From Gemmatimonadota bacterium (lineage in GTDB: Bacteria; Gemmatimonadota; Gemmatimonadetes; Gemmatimonadales; GWC2-71-9), in the NCBI GenBank assembly GCA_036679605.1, contig JAZDCZ010000247.1, forward strand, positions 1 to 64,000: a stretch of DNA of 64,000 nt, given 5' to 3'. The notes under the pieces were generated by a model. The model ran no database searches, was not told where the DNA came from, and saw only the letters and a program-made list of their open reading frames with translations. The position numbers and the translations under genes are program-made. Below are positions 48,024 to 59,572 of this stretch, one piece after another (position 1 is the first letter of the stretch; each line of letters begins with the position of its first letter).

Positions 48024-50480
48024 CTAACGTCCCCCGATCGGGGTCCCGGGCGGGGCCTTCAGCGGCTTGGTTCGTTCGGTGGCGCCGGCACTTCTATTGA
48101 GGAAGCGCTGAATATCTGCCGCTGCCAGTGCTTGATGAGCCTCTTCTTCCGGGAGCCTGGCAATGCGACTCTGGATCATCTCTGAGATTCTACGGAGACC
48201 CCATTCAGCAGCGGCACGAGATTCGACGGTGGCGTCGGCGTTGCCCGCCAGGTCGATCAATTGGTCCACGGCCACTCTCTGTACTACGCGCCGGAGTGGT
48301 GCTTGGGGCCCGCCTATTAGAGCGCCCCAGGTGCGCTCGATAACGCGGGCGATCACTTCCTCCAGCCCTGGCGATTCGCTGTTCCGGGCGCTAAAGGCCG
48401 CTAGGCGTGCCGTGCGCTCCGGAGCGAGCAGGTTGTCGATGACCATGGTGGCCAGAGTGCGCGCCGTGCCCAACTGGTCGAATGCGGGAGCTGCTTTGGC
48501 CCCGAAGTACCACTCATCCCTGGATTCGCCGAATGCCCGAGGAGCCATGATTTCGATGATCCGTTCGGGTATGTCCAATTCGCTCGGCTCGAGCGCATCG
48601 AGCACTTGCTCGAGGGCCCTACGCTGGCGCTCCGGTGCTATGATCTGCGTTACGCTCAGCGGGTCCCCTCTCACGGCGTAGCGATACTCCATACCGCCCA
48701 CCGCCTTGATCGCAGCTTCAAGTGCGTAGCGGTGGTGGAGGTACACTGGTACAAACCTTCTGTTGAGGAGCGCCATGGGCTGTCCATCTCCGATAGCCCG
48801 CGCGTCGAATTTTCTGATCAGTTCCCGGCGCACATCCATCACTCGAGACAGCTCCTCGACAGCATCGCTACCGTTGGTCCACGGGGTAACCTCAGGGAAG
48901 GATCCCCAGCTCGCGTTGTCGCCGTCGGCGATGAATCGGATGCCACGCTCCATTCCTTCATCGACTATCGCCTGGAGTCCCTGTTCTTCTTGGCTTGGGG
49001 GGAATTCGGAGTAGGCGTACCGAATCGCGAGCGAATCATATGCGCCCGGTCCCGGACGGTATGCATCTGACAGATCTACCTGACCGCCGACCAGTTTGAT
49101 AAGTGGTCCGGGGTAGTCCATGACTGACGCTCGTCCATCGGCGGCCGCCACGAAATTGTGGGAGAGTCCCAGGGTGTGGCCAACTTCATGGGCCGCGTGC
49201 TGTCGTCGACGAGCCATGGTGAACTCTTCGGCGGTGACCGTGGGGTCGAGCGAAGCCAGCCAGTCCGGATTGGGAGTAGTGGGTTCACTCACGTCGGGGT
49301 TCGTGCCGGCGTAAACATTGAAGTCTGTGAGCGACCGGTAACTATCCATCCGCACTGCGGCCTTGATAATTTCCCCGGTTCGGGGATCCACGAATGACGG
49401 CCCTATCGAGGAACCAGGATCGCTCCGATGGACCCACTGGATCACGTTGTATCTGGCGTCCATCGGATCCATGTCGTCCGGCATGTCTTCAATGCGGAAC
49501 GCATTTGTGAACCCGGCGGACTCGAGCACCTTATTCCACCACATGGCGCCATCTCGTATGGCCGATCGATATGGCTCGGGCATTCCGCGATCCAAGTAGT
49601 AGACGATTGGTTCGGCGGGGTCGCTCAGGTCGGCCATCGGGTTCGTCTTCTTGAGGCGATGTCGCTGGATGTAGCGCGATCGGTATTCATCGTCGAATGT
49701 CTGCGAAAAATCATAGAAGGAAATCCCAAATAGGCCGATGCGCGGGTCACCCCTGCGCGGGACATAGCCGTCATCCGGCAGGCGCACCAGAGAGTGATGT
49801 TGCCGCAGCGTGATGGCTCGGGGGTCGGGTACGTGAGATCTCACTACTCTGCCCGGGTCGGTGGCTGTGAAAGTCAGCACGACCTCTACCTCGGTATTGT
49901 CGGGGAAACCCTTTGTCCGCTGCAGATAGATCCTGCTCCTGTCCTTATTCAAGCCGAACGAACCTTGGTTCTCCACGCGCAGCCGACGAACCACACCTGC
50001 GTGGTCCTGCAGGAAGTAATCGCTAACGTTCACCAAGACTGCGTTTTCATGTTCATCATTCTTGCCCACAGCGACGATGTCGAACGCCGCTACAGTGGAT
50101 GTCGGAAACGATTCCTCCACGGAACGGACCAGAGCAGGGTTCGACTCGTCCAGGGTTCGGAATCGGGGGTTGGTGAGAACAAGAAATACCTTGGTTCCCA
50201 CGCGCTCGAATCGGGCGATGGAGGAGCTGTTGATGGCGCCGCGGTCCAGGCCCAATCGTGTGCTGCCAAAGCCCGTAGCCAGGGATGTGAGATATAGGAA
50301 CTCTTCGTCCATGCTCCGGATCTCGAGTAGCAGCTGGGCCTGCGCGGAATCCCAATAGAGGGGGAAGAATCCGTCGCGCCGCTCGAAGTCCTTCGTGTAA
50401 TCTTTGACTGACTCTTGGGCGAAGCTCGCGGACGGCAGTATCAACAGCGAGCAGACCAAGCTTACAACAATACGCTTCAT
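48024..50480 (-). CDS. Secreted zinc metalloprotease (DUF5117/DUF4953, EcxA-like)
   Basis: '[13 protein letters not shown]', Met-turn 'SVMDYP', 'DPRTGEI'. Confidence 0.88.
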   Translation of the reverse strand: MKRIVVSLVCSLLILPSASFAQESVKDYTKDFERRDGFFPLYWDSAQAQLLLEIRSMDEEFLYLTSLATGFGSTRLGLDRGAINSSSIARFERVGTKVFLVLTNPRFRTLDESNPALVRSVEESFPTSTVAAFDIVAVGKNDEHENAVLVNVSDYFLQDHAGVVRRLRVENQGSFGLNKDRSRIYLQRTKGFPDNTEVEVVLTFTATDPGRVVRSHVPDPRAITLRQHHSLVRLPDDGYVPRRGDPRIGLFGISFYDFSQTFDDEYRSRYIQRHRLKKTNPMADLSDPAEPIVYYLDRGMPEPYRSAIRDGAMWWNKVLESAGFTNAFRIEDMPDDMDPMDARYNVIQWVHRSDPGSSIGPSFVDPRTGEIIKAAVRMDSYRSLTDFNVYAGTNPDVSEPTTPNPDWLASLDPTVTAEEFTMARRRQHAAHEVGHTLGLSHNFVAAADGRASVMDYPGPLIKLVGGQVDLSDAYRPGPGAYDSLAIRYAYSEFPPSQEEQGLQAIVDEGMERGIRFIADGDNASWGSFPEVTPWTNGSDAVEELSRVMDVRRELIRKFDARAIGDGQPMALLNRRFVPVYLHHRYALEAAIKAVGGMEYRYAVRGDPLSVTQIIAPERQRRALEQVLDALEPSELDIPERIIEIMAPRAFGESRDEWYFGAKAAPAFDQLGTARTLATMVIDNLLAPERTARLAAFSARNSESPGLEEVIARVIERTWGALIGGPQAPLRRVVQRVAVDQLIDLAGNADATVESRAAAEWGLRRISEMIQSRIARLPEEEAHQALAAADIQRFLNRSAGATERTKPLKAPPGTPIGGR

Positions 50481-50566
50481 AGAGACTCCCGACTCCGGCA
50501 GTGTTTGCTAGGATGGAGGGATACGGAGGCGGGTCGGGAATGTCTAGGGGTGCACCACCTGCACCC

Positions 50567-50596
50567 TTGAATTAATGACATCAATATGATATCATT
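50567..50596 (+). promoter_or_regulatory. sigma70 promoter overlapped by tandem TGAYATCA palindromes
   Basis: TTGAAT (50567)-17 nt-TATCAT (50590); AATGACATCA-ATA-TGATATCATT inverted repeat. Confidence 0.65.
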
Positions 50597-50619
50597 ACAA
50601 TATCAGCAAATGGGAGGGA

Positions 50620-51489
50620 ATGATGATACGCGAAAAACAAGCGCACTCGGTATCGGGATTCACGATGCTTTTTGTCCTGCTGGCAGCGCATGCTGGCACC
50701 ATCCTTTGGTTTGTCAAAGCAACCATGGCTACGAACGTGCCGAGTATCATTGCGGCGGTGTTCGTTTGGGCATTCGTCTTCGTTATCTCGATCGGGTTCT
50801 TTATGGTGAACCCGAACGAAGCCAGGGTGCTCCAACTGTTTGGCAGCTACAGCGGAACAGTCAAAACACCCGGACTCAGGTGGTCGAATCCGTTCTTGCT
50901 GAAGCGCAAGATCTCTCTGAGGGTGCGGAACTTCGAAACCGGAAAGCTCAAGGTGAACGACTCCACCAGCAACCCGATCGAGATCGGGACGGTGGTGGTC
51001 TGGAAAGTGGTAGACACTGCCGAGGCGCTGTTCGAGGTGGACGATTACGTAAACTACGTCCACGTCCAGAGTGAGGCTGCGCTACGCAATTTGGCAACAG
51101 ACTATCCCTACGATGCGCACGAACACGGTGACGTGGCCCTCAGTAGTCACACCAGCCAGATCTCCGAGCAGTTAAGAGGAGAGGTGCAGGCGCGGTTGGA
51201 GAAGGCCGGTGTAGAGGTGATCGAGGCTCGAATCAGCCATCTGGCATATGCGCCGGAAATCGCTCACGCCATGCTACAACGGCAGCAGGCCAGCGCTGTC
51301 ATTGCCGCGCGCACAAAGATCGTCGAGGGTGCCGTCGGAATGGTTGACATGGCACTCGACTTTCTTTCGCAGAGGGGCATCGTAGAATTGGACGAGGAGC
51401 GAAAGGCGGCAATGGTCAGCAACTTGCTGGTCGTGCTTTGCTCCGACCGGGCTACGCAGCCGGTCGTTAATGCAGGATCGCTATACTAG
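50620..51489 (+). CDS. SPFH/Band-7 domain protein
   Basis: Two N-terminal TM helices; 'LKVND...NPIEI..VVVW.V', '[18 protein letters not shown]'. Confidence 0.92.
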   Translation: MMIREKQAHSVSGFTMLFVLLAAHAGTILWFVKATMATNVPSIIAAVFVWAFVFVISIGFFMVNPNEARVLQLFGSYSGTVKTPGLRWSNPFLLKRKISLRVRNFETGKLKVNDSTSNPIEIGTVVVWKVVDTAEALFEVDDYVNYVHVQSEAALRNLATDYPYDAHEHGDVALSSHTSQISEQLRGEVQARLEKAGVEVIEARISHLAYAPEIAHAMLQRQQASAVIAARTKIVEGAVGMVDMALDFLSQRGIVELDEERKAAMVSNLLVVLCSDRATQPVVNAGSLY

Positions 51490-51498
51490 CAGACTACC

Positions 51499-51657
51499 GT
51501 GGCTCAGCGAAAACCTTTTCTCTTGAGAATCGACCGCAAGGTTCTGGACGCGATCCAACGGTGGTCGGCCGACGATTTGCGGAGTCTCAACGGTCAAATA
51601 GAGTTTCTGTTGCGTCGTGCGTTGCAGCAGGAGGGACGGCTAAAGGAGAAGACCTAG
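51499..51657 (+). CDS. Small Arc/ribbon-helix-helix DNA-binding protein (52 aa, not in ORF track)
   Basis: Hand translation MAQRKPFLLRIDRKVLDAIQRWSADDLRSLNGQIEFLLRRAL...; 'RSLN.QI' is an Arc-like motif. Confidence 0.85.
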   Translation: MAQRKPFLLRIDRKVLDAIQRWSADDLRSLNGQIEFLLRRALQQEGRLKEKT

Positions 51658-51678
51658 GCCGTCCCTCACTGCTTGACG

Positions 51679-53796
51679 CTAAACTACCTTGCCGATCGGT
51701 AGAGTGCGGATTCGCTTGCCCGTGAGCGCGAAGATGGCGTTGCACATTGCAGGCGCAATCGGCGGCAGCCCCGGCTCGCCGATGCCACCAAGCGCGTCTC
51801 CGCTCGTCACGATATGCGTCTCCACACGGGGCATCTCGTCGATCCGTAATACAGGATATTTGTCGAAGTTTCCTTCAGCAGCGCGGCCACTTTCGATCGT
51901 GATCTTGCCGTAAAGCGCCGCGGAAAGGCCGTAGACGATGCCACTTTCCATCTGTGCCACGATCGTGTCTGGATTGATCACGTGTCCGCAGTCAACCGCA
52001 CAGACCACCCGGTGTACGCGAACCGAACCGTCGTCGCGTATCGACACTTCCGCCACCTGCGCCACAAAACTCCCGAACGACTCGTGCACCGCTATTCCGC
52101 GTGCCTGACCCTCCGGCAGGGGCGTGCCCCAACCGGCCTCTCTCGCTGCCGTCTCTAGGACTCGCCTATGACGTGGCTTATCTGCGAGCAGCAGCCGTCG
52201 GAGTTCGAACGGGTCCCTTCCACCTAGTGCAGCGAGTTCGTCGAAGAAACTCTCGGTGACGAACGCGTTCTGCGAACTGCCCACCGAGCGCCACCAGTGG
52301 ACCGTGATCGGAAGGTCTGGTTTGGCCCACGTGACGTGCACGTTGTCGATGCTGTAAGGTATGTTTTGGGCACCCTCTACCGCGGCTCCGTCAATCGGAC
52401 CCCGGAGGAATCCCTTGGCTTCGAAGATCGATGGGCTCGCGATCTTGTGCACCCAGGCGACCGGCAAACCGGTGTCGTCTACCGCTCCACTAAACGTGTT
52501 GTACGCGGTCGGTCTGTACCAGCCGCCCCGCATGTCATCCTCACGTGTCCAAATCACTTTGACCGGTTTGCCTACGGCCTTTGAGGTGTGCACCGCATCT
52601 TGCACGAAGTCGGTTTCCGAACGGCGGCCAAATCCGCCACCCATGAAGGTGGTATGAACCGTAATCTTTTCGGCTGAGAGCCCGGTGATCTCTGCGCCCA
52701 CCCGTTGCGAGCCACTAGGGGATTGGGTTGGGGCCCATATCTCGCAACTGTCGGCTCGGACATCGGCCGTGCAGTTCATCGGCTCCATCGTGGCGTGAGC
52801 GAGGTAGGGAACCATATAGACCGCATCAATTTTCTTGGCGGCGGTGGCAACGGCACGCTTCGCATCGCCGTCGTTACGGGCTTCCGCCCCGTTGTCCACC
52901 AGCCTGCGGCACTCTTCTGTGATCTGGTCGCTCGTTAGATCGCCATGTCCGCCGTCGTCCCAAATGACGTCGAGAACATCGCGACCTTTCTTCGCCGTCC
53001 AATAGCTGTCGGCAACGACGGCTATGCCCGTGGGGATCTCGACCACGTGCCTGACTCCGGATACACCGAGGGCCTTACTGGCATCGAAGCTGCGCGCCTT
53101 TCCGCCAAACACGGGCGGACGTACGACTTGTGCGATGAGCATCCCGGGCACCTTGACGTCGATGCCGTAAACAGCGCTGCCGTTCACTTTGAGCGGCGTG
53201 TCCAGCCGTTTTGTCGGCTTCCCAATGATGCGGAAATCCTTGGGATCTTTGAGCGGCGGATCGTCGGGCGGAGTGAGCGTCGAAGCTTTGTCGGCGAGCT
53301 TGCCGTAAGACAAACTCCTGCCCGATGCTTGATGTACCACTGCTCCATTCTCTGCCCGGCAGGTGCCTCGGTCTACGCCCCAAGTCTCACTCGCCGCCGA
53401 AATCAGCATCTCACGAGCCGCTGCTCCGGCCTTTCTGAGTTTGTCGTAGTTGGTACGTATGCTCGTGCTACCGCCGGTTCCTTGGTTGCCGTATTTCGAT
53501 CGGTCGGCTAGAGCGTGTTCCGCACTCACCTTGGTCCAATCTGCTTCCAGTTCCTCGGCGAGAATCATCGGCAGGGATGTCATAATGCCCTGGCCCATCT
53601 CGGATTCGCTTACAAAGAAAGTGATCAGGTCGTCTGTTCCGATCCTGATCCAGCCGTTTGGCTCAAATGCTCCAACCGTCTCTGTCATGAAAGCCCGGGC
53701 TTTGGCCGGCAGGTAGAACGACAGGACCAAACCGGCACCCGCACCACCAGAAACCTTGATGAAGTCTCTTCTGGAAACACCTGGGCTAGCGGTCAT
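51679..53796 (-). CDS. iorB: Molybdopterin oxidoreductase large subunit (isoquinoline 1-oxidoreductase beta family), Tat-exported
   Basis: 'SRRDFIK' Tat motif, 'SEMGQG', '[10 protein letters not shown]', 'GGGFGRR', 'GGIGEPG'. Confidence 0.9.
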   Translation of the reverse strand: MTASPGVSRRDFIKVSGGAGAGLVLSFYLPAKARAFMTETVGAFEPNGWIRIGTDDLITFFVSESEMGQGIMTSLPMILAEELEADWTKVSAEHALADRSKYGNQGTGGSTSIRTNYDKLRKAGAAAREMLISAASETWGVDRGTCRAENGAVVHQASGRSLSYGKLADKASTLTPPDDPPLKDPKDFRIIGKPTKRLDTPLKVNGSAVYGIDVKVPGMLIAQVVRPPVFGGKARSFDASKALGVSGVRHVVEIPTGIAVVADSYWTAKKGRDVLDVIWDDGGHGDLTSDQITEECRRLVDNGAEARNDGDAKRAVATAAKKIDAVYMVPYLAHATMEPMNCTADVRADSCEIWAPTQSPSGSQRVGAEITGLSAEKITVHTTFMGGGFGRRSETDFVQDAVHTSKAVGKPVKVIWTREDDMRGGWYRPTAYNTFSGAVDDTGLPVAWVHKIASPSIFEAKGFLRGPIDGAAVEGAQNIPYSIDNVHVTWAKPDLPITVHWWRSVGSSQNAFVTESFFDELAALGGRDPFELRRLLLADKPRHRRVLETAAREAGWGTPLPEGQARGIAVHESFGSFVAQVAEVSIRDDGSVRVHRVVCAVDCGHVINPDTIVAQMESGIVYGLSAALYGKITIESGRAAEGNFDKYPVLRIDEMPRVETHIVTSGDALGGIGEPGLPPIAPAMCNAIFALTGKRIRTLPIGKVV

Positions 53797-54259
53797 TGTC
53801 CACCCCCTGTCCCGCTGCGCGCTTGACCGCGCGCCGAATGCGATTGTATGTGCCGCAGCGACAGATATTCACCTTCATCCACTGATCGATTTCCTGGTCC
53901 GTGGGGTCGGGATTCTGGTCCAACAATGCCGCGGCCGTCATTATCTGACCCGATTGGCAATAGCCACATTGTGGTACGTCTTCCTCGATCCACGCCTGCT
54001 GCAATGGGTGGCTCTTGGAGGAAGACAGCCCTTCGATGGTGGTAATGTTCCGGTCCGCCACAGCGGCTATCGGCAGTTGGCAAGAAAAGGTTGCGGTTCC
54101 GTCAACGTGAACGGTGCAGGCCCGGCACTGGCCGATTCCGCAGCCGAACTTCGTACCGGTTAGTTCCAGTTCGTCGCGAATCACCCAAAGAAGAGGTGTA
54201 TCTTCGGCGACGTTGACTGTGCGGCGACGGCCGTTGACGGTGAGAGAATACTCGGGCAT
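53786..54259 (-). CDS. iorA: (2Fe-2S)-binding small subunit
   Basis: 'GTKFGCG.G.C..CTV', 'QCGYCQSG', 'NICRCGTY'. Confidence 0.92.
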   Translation of the reverse strand: MPEYSLTVNGRRRTVNVAEDTPLLWVIRDELELTGTKFGCGIGQCRACTVHVDGTATFSCQLPIAAVADRNITTIEGLSSSKSHPLQQAWIEEDVPQCGYCQSGQIMTAAALLDQNPDPTDQEIDQWMKVNICRCGTYNRIRRAVKRAAGQGVDNDR

Positions 54260-54365
54260 AGGCGTCTCTCGTGAGAGGGGTCATTGAAGTTTGGGATAAG
54301 GACTGTGGGTAGTCAAGTGCGATCGGGAATGGGATACGGGCCGTTCAGGGGATATAATTGGTGCC

Positions 54366-54875
54366 ATGCCAGACAGTGACCAGTCCGTTGTGTTTGAGCC
54401 GCTGCACGATGACGTGGCTCCCCCTGCGCGCCAAACCGAGGGCTCGGCAGGGTACGATCTTAAGGCATACCTCAAGGATCGTGTCGTTGTGGTGCGAAGC
54501 GGTGCCACTGGCGAGTTGTCGGAGGTCAATATCGAGGATGGTAGAATCGTCCTGGAGGCTTCAGATACGGCGCTCGTGCCGACCGGATTGAAGGCTCGTG
54601 TCCCTGCCGGCTACGAAGCTCAGGTGCGCATTCGATCGTCGATCGCGTTCACGCGCGGGCTCATTCTCCCCAACGCTCCTGGCACCATCGATGCCGATTA
54701 TCCCGACGAATGGCTGGTCATGGTGAAGAACATCTCGAACCGGGCTGCGGTCATCGAGCACGGCGAGCGGATCGCGCAGGTGGTATTGAGCCGGTTCGCC
54801 GTACTTCCTTGGAAAGAGGGGACCGTCGGAGTATCCACGGATAGAGGGGGCGGACTGGGGAGTACAGGTGCTTGA
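54366..54875 (+). CDS. dut: dUTP diphosphatase
   Basis: 'SAGYDL', 'RSS', 'NAPGTIDADY', 'ERIAQ', 'RGGGLGSTG'. Confidence 0.93.
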   Translation: MPDSDQSVVFEPLHDDVAPPARQTEGSAGYDLKAYLKDRVVVVRSGATGELSEVNIEDGRIVLEASDTALVPTGLKARVPAGYEAQVRIRSSIAFTRGLILPNAPGTIDADYPDEWLVMVKNISNRAAVIEHGERIAQVVLSRFAVLPWKEGTVGVSTDRGGGLGSTGA

Positions 54876-54894
54876 CGACCTAGGATGTCTTGGC

Positions 54895-54970
54895 GAGCAG
54901 GGAGGGGGAGTGAGGCCGCCGAGAGAAATTTGCGTCTGCTGACGGCGGAGGCCACTCCCCGCTCCCGCTC
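54895..54970. terminator. Long GC-rich hairpin between convergent dut and aceA
   Basis: GAGCAGGGAGGGGGAGTG / CACTCCCCGCTCCCGCTC arms with inner CCGCCG/CGGCGG; no U-tract. Confidence 0.5.
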
Positions 54971-56282
54971 ATGAAACCCGTTTCACCATGCGTGATGTTC
55001 GACCGGGTGTAAACTGATCCTGTTCAGTGGAGCCTTCGAGGGCTAGCGTAGATGATTTTCCAATGCTTACGGCCCGTGCTATGGCGTCGTAGTAGCCGGC
55101 ACCGACGAACTCTTGGTGTCTGGTAGCCTCATAGCCCTCATCCTCCAAGGCAAACTCACTCTCTTGCAGCTCGGCGTACGCCGCCATACCGCGTCTGCTG
55201 TAATCCTTGGCAAGCGCATAGGTGGCGTGATTGATGGCATGGAAGCCCGATAGGGTCACGAATTGGAATTTGTATCCAATCGCGCCCAGATCTTTCTGGA
55301 AATCTTCTATTGCTTGGTCTCCCAAGTGCAGCTTCCAATTGAAGGACGGGGAGCAGTTGTATGCTAGAAGCTTGTCGGGGAACTTGTCGTGTATCGCAGC
55401 AGCGAACCGTTTGGCCTCGACGACATCTGGTCGCGAGGTCTCGAACCACAACATGTCGGCGTATGGCGCGTAGGCTAGCGCGCGCGCTATGGCCGAGTCG
55501 ATTCCGGTTCGGACCATGCAGAATCCATCGGGTGTGCGTTCGCCGGTCGTGAATTCCCTGTCGTAGGGATCGCTATCAGACGACAGCAACCCTGCACTGA
55601 GAGCGTCAGTACGAGCGATGATCACGGTTGGGACTCCACATACGTCAGCGGCCAGCCGAGCCGCGATCAATTTCTGCACGAACTCTTGGGTTGGAACCAG
55701 CACTTTGCCGCCCAGATGTCCACACTTCTTTGCGGACGCGAGTTGGTCCTCGAAGTGCACGGCAGCCGCGCCCTTCTCGATCATCTGCTTCATTAGCTCG
55801 TAGGCGTTCAACACACCGCCGAACCCTGCTTCCGCGTCGGCGACAATCGGCACCATCCAGTCGACATCGTCATCACCTCGGACATGGTGGGTCTGATCGG
55901 CACGGAGGAGGGCCTTGTTGATGCGCGCAACTAGGTTGGGCACACTGTCGACGGGGTAGAGACTCAAGTCGGGATATATTTCTCCCGCATCATTCATGTC
56001 TCCAGCGACCTGCCAACCGCTGACGTAAATGGCTTTGAGCCCGGCCTTCACTTCCTGCACGGCTTGGCAACCGGTGATCGCACTCAACACCGGTAGGTAC
56101 GGCTCGTCTTCGAGAAGCGCCCACAGCCGCTCTGCGCCCAGTCGGGCCAACGTGTGATCCAGTCGCACGGTGCCGGCCAGCTTCCAAACATCTTCAGGGG
56201 TGTAGGGTCGTGTGACGCCTTCCCAGCGCGGATCATGGTTCCAGGAATGTTGGTATTGTCCAGCAAATATCTTCTTATTCAT
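54969..56282 (-). CDS. aceA: Isocitrate lyase
   Basis: 'KKCGHLGGK', 'DAEAGFGG', '[10 protein letters not shown]'. Confidence 0.96.
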   Translation of the reverse strand: MNKKIFAGQYQHSWNHDPRWEGVTRPYTPEDVWKLAGTVRLDHTLARLGAERLWALLEDEPYLPVLSAITGCQAVQEVKAGLKAIYVSGWQVAGDMNDAGEIYPDLSLYPVDSVPNLVARINKALLRADQTHHVRGDDDVDWMVPIVADAEAGFGGVLNAYELMKQMIEKGAAAVHFEDQLASAKKCGHLGGKVLVPTQEFVQKLIAARLAADVCGVPTVIIARTDALSAGLLSSDSDPYDREFTTGERTPDGFCMVRTGIDSAIARALAYAPYADMLWFETSRPDVVEAKRFAAAIHDKFPDKLLAYNCSPSFNWKLHLGDQAIEDFQKDLGAIGYKFQFVTLSGFHAINHATYALAKDYSRRGMAAYAELQESEFALEDEGYEATRHQEFVGAGYYDAIARAVSIGKSSTLALEGSTEQDQFTPGRTSRMVKRVS

Positions 56283-56304
56283 GAGAGCTTCACCATGTAA
56301 GGGA

Positions 56305-57933
56305 CTAGTCGAGATACTCGTAGGCCGTCGTTGTGAGCCAGTCACCGAAGTGACTTGCCGTCATTAGACGTTCCAATATTCTCGCTGCTAACGGGAGTCC
56401 GCCCGGAGACATGCCGCCATGTCGCGCGGCCTTGATGTTCTCCAGTTCGTCTCGAACTACTTGGCGGACCAGCTCGGCTGTAACGGTATGACCGTCATCG
56501 AGTTTCGCCCCGTGTTTGACCCACTGCCACAGCTGAGAACGACATATTTCGGCAGTTGCTGCATCCTCCATCAGGTTGTAGATGGGTACGCAGCCCGCCC
56601 CGTCTAGCCATGACTCGAGGTATTGCACTCCGACGTTCACATTGTGTCGTAGCCCGGCACCGGTGATCGTGCCGTCTGGAACGGTCAAGAGATCGCTGGC
56701 GGTTACGCAGACGTCCTCGCGTCTCCGGTGGATCTGGTGTTGACCGGTCATGTGTTGGTCGAACACGTCTCTGGCAATGCTCACCAACCCCGGGTGAGCC
56801 ACCCATGTACCGTCGTGACCCGCTTTGACCTCTCTTACTTTGTCTTGCCTGACCTTCTGCAGGGCTGCCTCGTTGGCTTCCGGGTCGTTCTTGATCGGTA
56901 CTTGCGCCGCCATGCCACCAATCGCATGTATACCTCTCCTGTGGCAAGTACTGATTAGAAGATTGACGTATGACTTCAGAAAGTGACGATCCATGGTGAC
57001 CTGCCCGCGATCGGGCAGTATGTATTCCGGCTTGTTATGGAATTTCTTGATGAAGCTGAAGATGTAGTCCCATCTACCGCAGTTGAGTCCGGCTGAGTGT
57101 TCCTTCAATTCCCAGAGTATCTCGTCCATCTCGAACGCAGCCAGAACGTTTTCGATCAGTACGGTGGCTCGGATCGTTCCATGGGGTATGCCCAGGTATT
57201 CCTGTGCAAAACTGAATACGTCGTTCCACAGGCGTGCTTCTAAGTGGCTCTCCAGCTTTGGGAGATAGAAATATGGTGCACTGCCACGCTGGATCAGTGT
57301 GTTGGCATTATGGTAGAAGAAGATCCCGAAGTCGAAGAGGGACGCCGACACTGGGTGTCCACTAACCTGAATGTGCCGTTCGTCGAGGTGCCACCCTCGT
57401 GGCCTCATCATCAACGTGGCTATTTTGTCGTTGAGTTGGTAATGCTTGCCGTCGGTTCTCGTAAAATCGATTGTGCCGCTTATGGCATCACGAAGATTGA
57501 TCTGTCCCTCGATGATGTTGCTCCACTGGGGGGATGTGGAGTCCTCGAAGTCGGCCATGTACACATTCGCACCCGAGTTAAGTGCGTTGATGATCATCTT
57601 TCGGTCGACGGGTCCGGTAATTTCTACGCGCCGGTCCATTAGATCGTCGGGTATGGAAGCGACCGCCCAGTCAGACTCTCTGACCTCCCGTGTTCCCTCC
57701 AGAAAGTCTGGCAAGTGTCCTCGATCAATATGCTGTTGGCAGGTTATGCGTTGTCCCAGTAGACCACTACGCCTGTCCTCGAACTCTCGATGCAACTCAG
57801 CGACGAACTGCAGTGCAGAGAGGTTGAGGATATCCGCGTAGTCCTCGCGCATCTGTCCCAGCACCTTGACCTCTGAGTCGGGCGAGCATGTATGGTTCAA
57901 GCTTAAGACCGCTGCCTCAGACGGCATGTGCAT
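56305..57933 (-). CDS. aceB: Malate synthase A
   Basis: 'DRRVEITGP', 'RPRGWHL', '[12 protein letters not shown]', '[10 protein letters not shown]'. Confidence 0.96.
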   Translation of the reverse strand: MHMPSEAAVLSLNHTCSPDSEVKVLGQMREDYADILNLSALQFVAELHREFEDRRSGLLGQRITCQQHIDRGHLPDFLEGTREVRESDWAVASIPDDLMDRRVEITGPVDRKMIINALNSGANVYMADFEDSTSPQWSNIIEGQINLRDAISGTIDFTRTDGKHYQLNDKIATLMMRPRGWHLDERHIQVSGHPVSASLFDFGIFFYHNANTLIQRGSAPYFYLPKLESHLEARLWNDVFSFAQEYLGIPHGTIRATVLIENVLAAFEMDEILWELKEHSAGLNCGRWDYIFSFIKKFHNKPEYILPDRGQVTMDRHFLKSYVNLLISTCHRRGIHAIGGMAAQVPIKNDPEANEAALQKVRQDKVREVKAGHDGTWVAHPGLVSIARDVFDQHMTGQHQIHRRREDVCVTASDLLTVPDGTITGAGLRHNVNVGVQYLESWLDGAGCVPIYNLMEDAATAEICRSQLWQWVKHGAKLDDGHTVTAELVRQVVRDELENIKAARHGGMSPGGLPLAARILERLMTASHFGDWLTTTAYEYLD

Positions 57934-57999
57934 CTCCGATGATTAGCGTGCTGTGCTACGAGCCCGGCGTTTGGTCATGTGCTCCGAGCGATCGAAAAG

Positions 58000-58014
58000 G
58001 CAACTCGCGTGCCA
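58000..58014 (-). promoter_or_regulatory. sigma54 (-24/-12) promoter of aceBA
   Basis: TGGCACGCGAGTTGC fits TGGCAC-N5-TTGC, ~67 nt upstream of aceB and in the right orientation. Confidence 0.75.
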
Positions 58015-58181
58015 AAGTCGAGTACCATCAAACGATTGTGTTTGAATGACTTGTAGCGAGATGCAGCAGCCAGTAGTGCTCGTTTCGTGGAGATGATGCA
58101 ACATGTGGCTTGACGGCTCCCACCGGTGTCGAGTTGGTGCAACCGAGGGTTTGTGACGGGCGCAGAAGCTACTCTGTGTCC

Positions 58182-58251
58182 GTTAAGACATCGTCAAGAA
58201 AGGGATTTGATGTGATTGTGCGAGCGGTGTGGTGCGAGGTTATGGTTCAGT
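58182..58251. repeat. 70-bp imperfect direct repeat, copy 1
   Basis: Aligns ungapped to 58740-58809; the last 38 bp differ at one position. Confidence 0.9.
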
Positions 58252-58298
58252 ACTGACGGTCAGGGGAATTTGGTGGAGGTGTGAGGAAGCCCGGGTGT

Positions 58299-58694
58299 CT
58301 ACTGCACAATGACTATCGCCGAGTCCCGTGCAGCTGTGTCCCCGAGAATGGCTACGACGTACGTCGTACCGACTGTCTTGGCTTCAAAGTTTACAGTGTA
58401 AGGACGTACGACCGGTCCGATCTGGTCGACCAACGTACCCACGGACTGGTCACGGATGAACCAGTTCAGGGACGGGCGCATAGAAACCGGGGCAAACACA
58501 CTAGCCTCAAACAGGACACTGTCTCCGACCGCCATCATCACACTATCAGGCCCTAGGCTGACGCTGAGTACAAGAGCGTCCTCACCCTCATCGAGAACAT
58601 TACCGGAAGCAGAACCACATCCAACAACGAGGCACAGTGAGGAGACTGTGGCAACGAGCAAGGTAGGACGACGTATGAAAACGGCGCAACGCAT
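58299..58694 (-). CDS. Lipoprotein with Ig-like (Big_2-type) domain
   Basis: GGAGG RBS; lipobox LVVGC; 'MAVGDSVLFEASV...W...D.SV...A...GTTYVVA' pattern. Confidence 0.7.
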   Translation of the reverse strand: MRCAVFIRRPTLLVATVSSLCLVVGCGSASGNVLDEGEDALVLSVSLGPDSVMMAVGDSVLFEASVFAPVSMRPSLNWFIRDQSVGTLVDQIGPVVRPYTVNFEAKTVGTTYVVAILGDTAARDSAIVIVQ

Positions 58695-58739
58695 GGTAGC
58701 CTCCGAGCGACTGGGCTTCTCAGCGGAGAATCTCACTCT

Positions 58740-58809
58740 GTCAAGACTTTGTCAAGAGAGGCGCCCGCTGCGATTGTGCGAGCGGTGTGGTGCGAGGTTA
58801 CGGTTCAGT
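58740..58809. repeat. 70-bp imperfect direct repeat, copy 2
   Basis: See copy 1; offset 558 bp. Confidence 0.9.
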
Positions 58810-58810
58810 C

Positions 58811-59530
58811 TCATGGAGGCGAGCCACCCCCCTTGATGTTCTTTGGTATCTGGACGTTGCCGTCATCATCAAAAGGGATGTCGGCGGGAAAGAAGTGATC
58901 AAACCCTTCGGGGCCTTTGAAGTGCATGAGGCGCACTACGAACAGCGACCGTAGAACTTGTATCAGGTGAGTGAACTCCTTGGCTTGTTCCCCAGTTTCG
59001 CGAAACTCATCAATTGTTCGGTACCGCGCATCCGCAGCTAGCCCCTGTTTATTGCGCCGATACCCCGGTGCCACCACGCCATTCTTCTCACCGCTCCACC
59101 CTATGAACCAAGCGCTATGCACTGCCTCGTTTCGCCGTTCACACAAGGCCAGCCATCGATCCGAAATGTTCTTGACGACCCGGAGATCATTCTCGGACAA
59201 TGTTACCGTTTCCTCTTCTTTGTTGATCGGCGGAAATCTAAACCCAGCAAGTAGGGCTCTGAGAACCTCACCAATTTCTCTTGCGGTCATCCGATGCATG
59301 AAGGTACGAGCCGTAAACTGGAGGGGTACGTAGTTGAACAAGTGGGCAGCGTCCATTATCCAAATTCGCATGCTTTCGGTGGCATGCTCAAACTGCACGA
59401 CGAGTCTGCCAATCGCTTGGTAGTAATCCTCTGCAGTCGGGCCTTCAGTGATGGTCCATTCTCCTCGTCTGTTCACTTTCGAGTGAGCTGTCCAAGCTAG
59501 TATTACGCGACTCCCGTACCAGGTTCGCAT
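58811..59530 (-). CDS. Hypothetical protein with HEPN-like RxxxxH motif
   Basis: Helical-looking protein with 'AIGRLVVQFEH' and 'ERRNEAVHSAW'. Start uncertain. Confidence 0.55.
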   Translation of the reverse strand: MRTWYGSRVILAWTAHSKVNRRGEWTITEGPTAEDYYQAIGRLVVQFEHATESMRIWIMDAAHLFNYVPLQFTARTFMHRMTAREIGEVLRALLAGFRFPPINKEEETVTLSENDLRVVKNISDRWLALCERRNEAVHSAWFIGWSGEKNGVVAPGYRRNKQGLAADARYRTIDEFRETGEQAKEFTHLIQVLRSLFVVRLMHFKGPEGFDHFFPADIPFDDDGNVQIPKNIKGGGSPP

Positions 59531-59572
59531 CGTTCTACCGGAAGAACCAAGCGACCGAATCGTGGTCCGCGA

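Noticed and set aside
58214..58809. 38-bp repeat as a CRISPR repeat
   Set aside because: Only two copies, 558 bp apart with a gene between them, and no cas genes.
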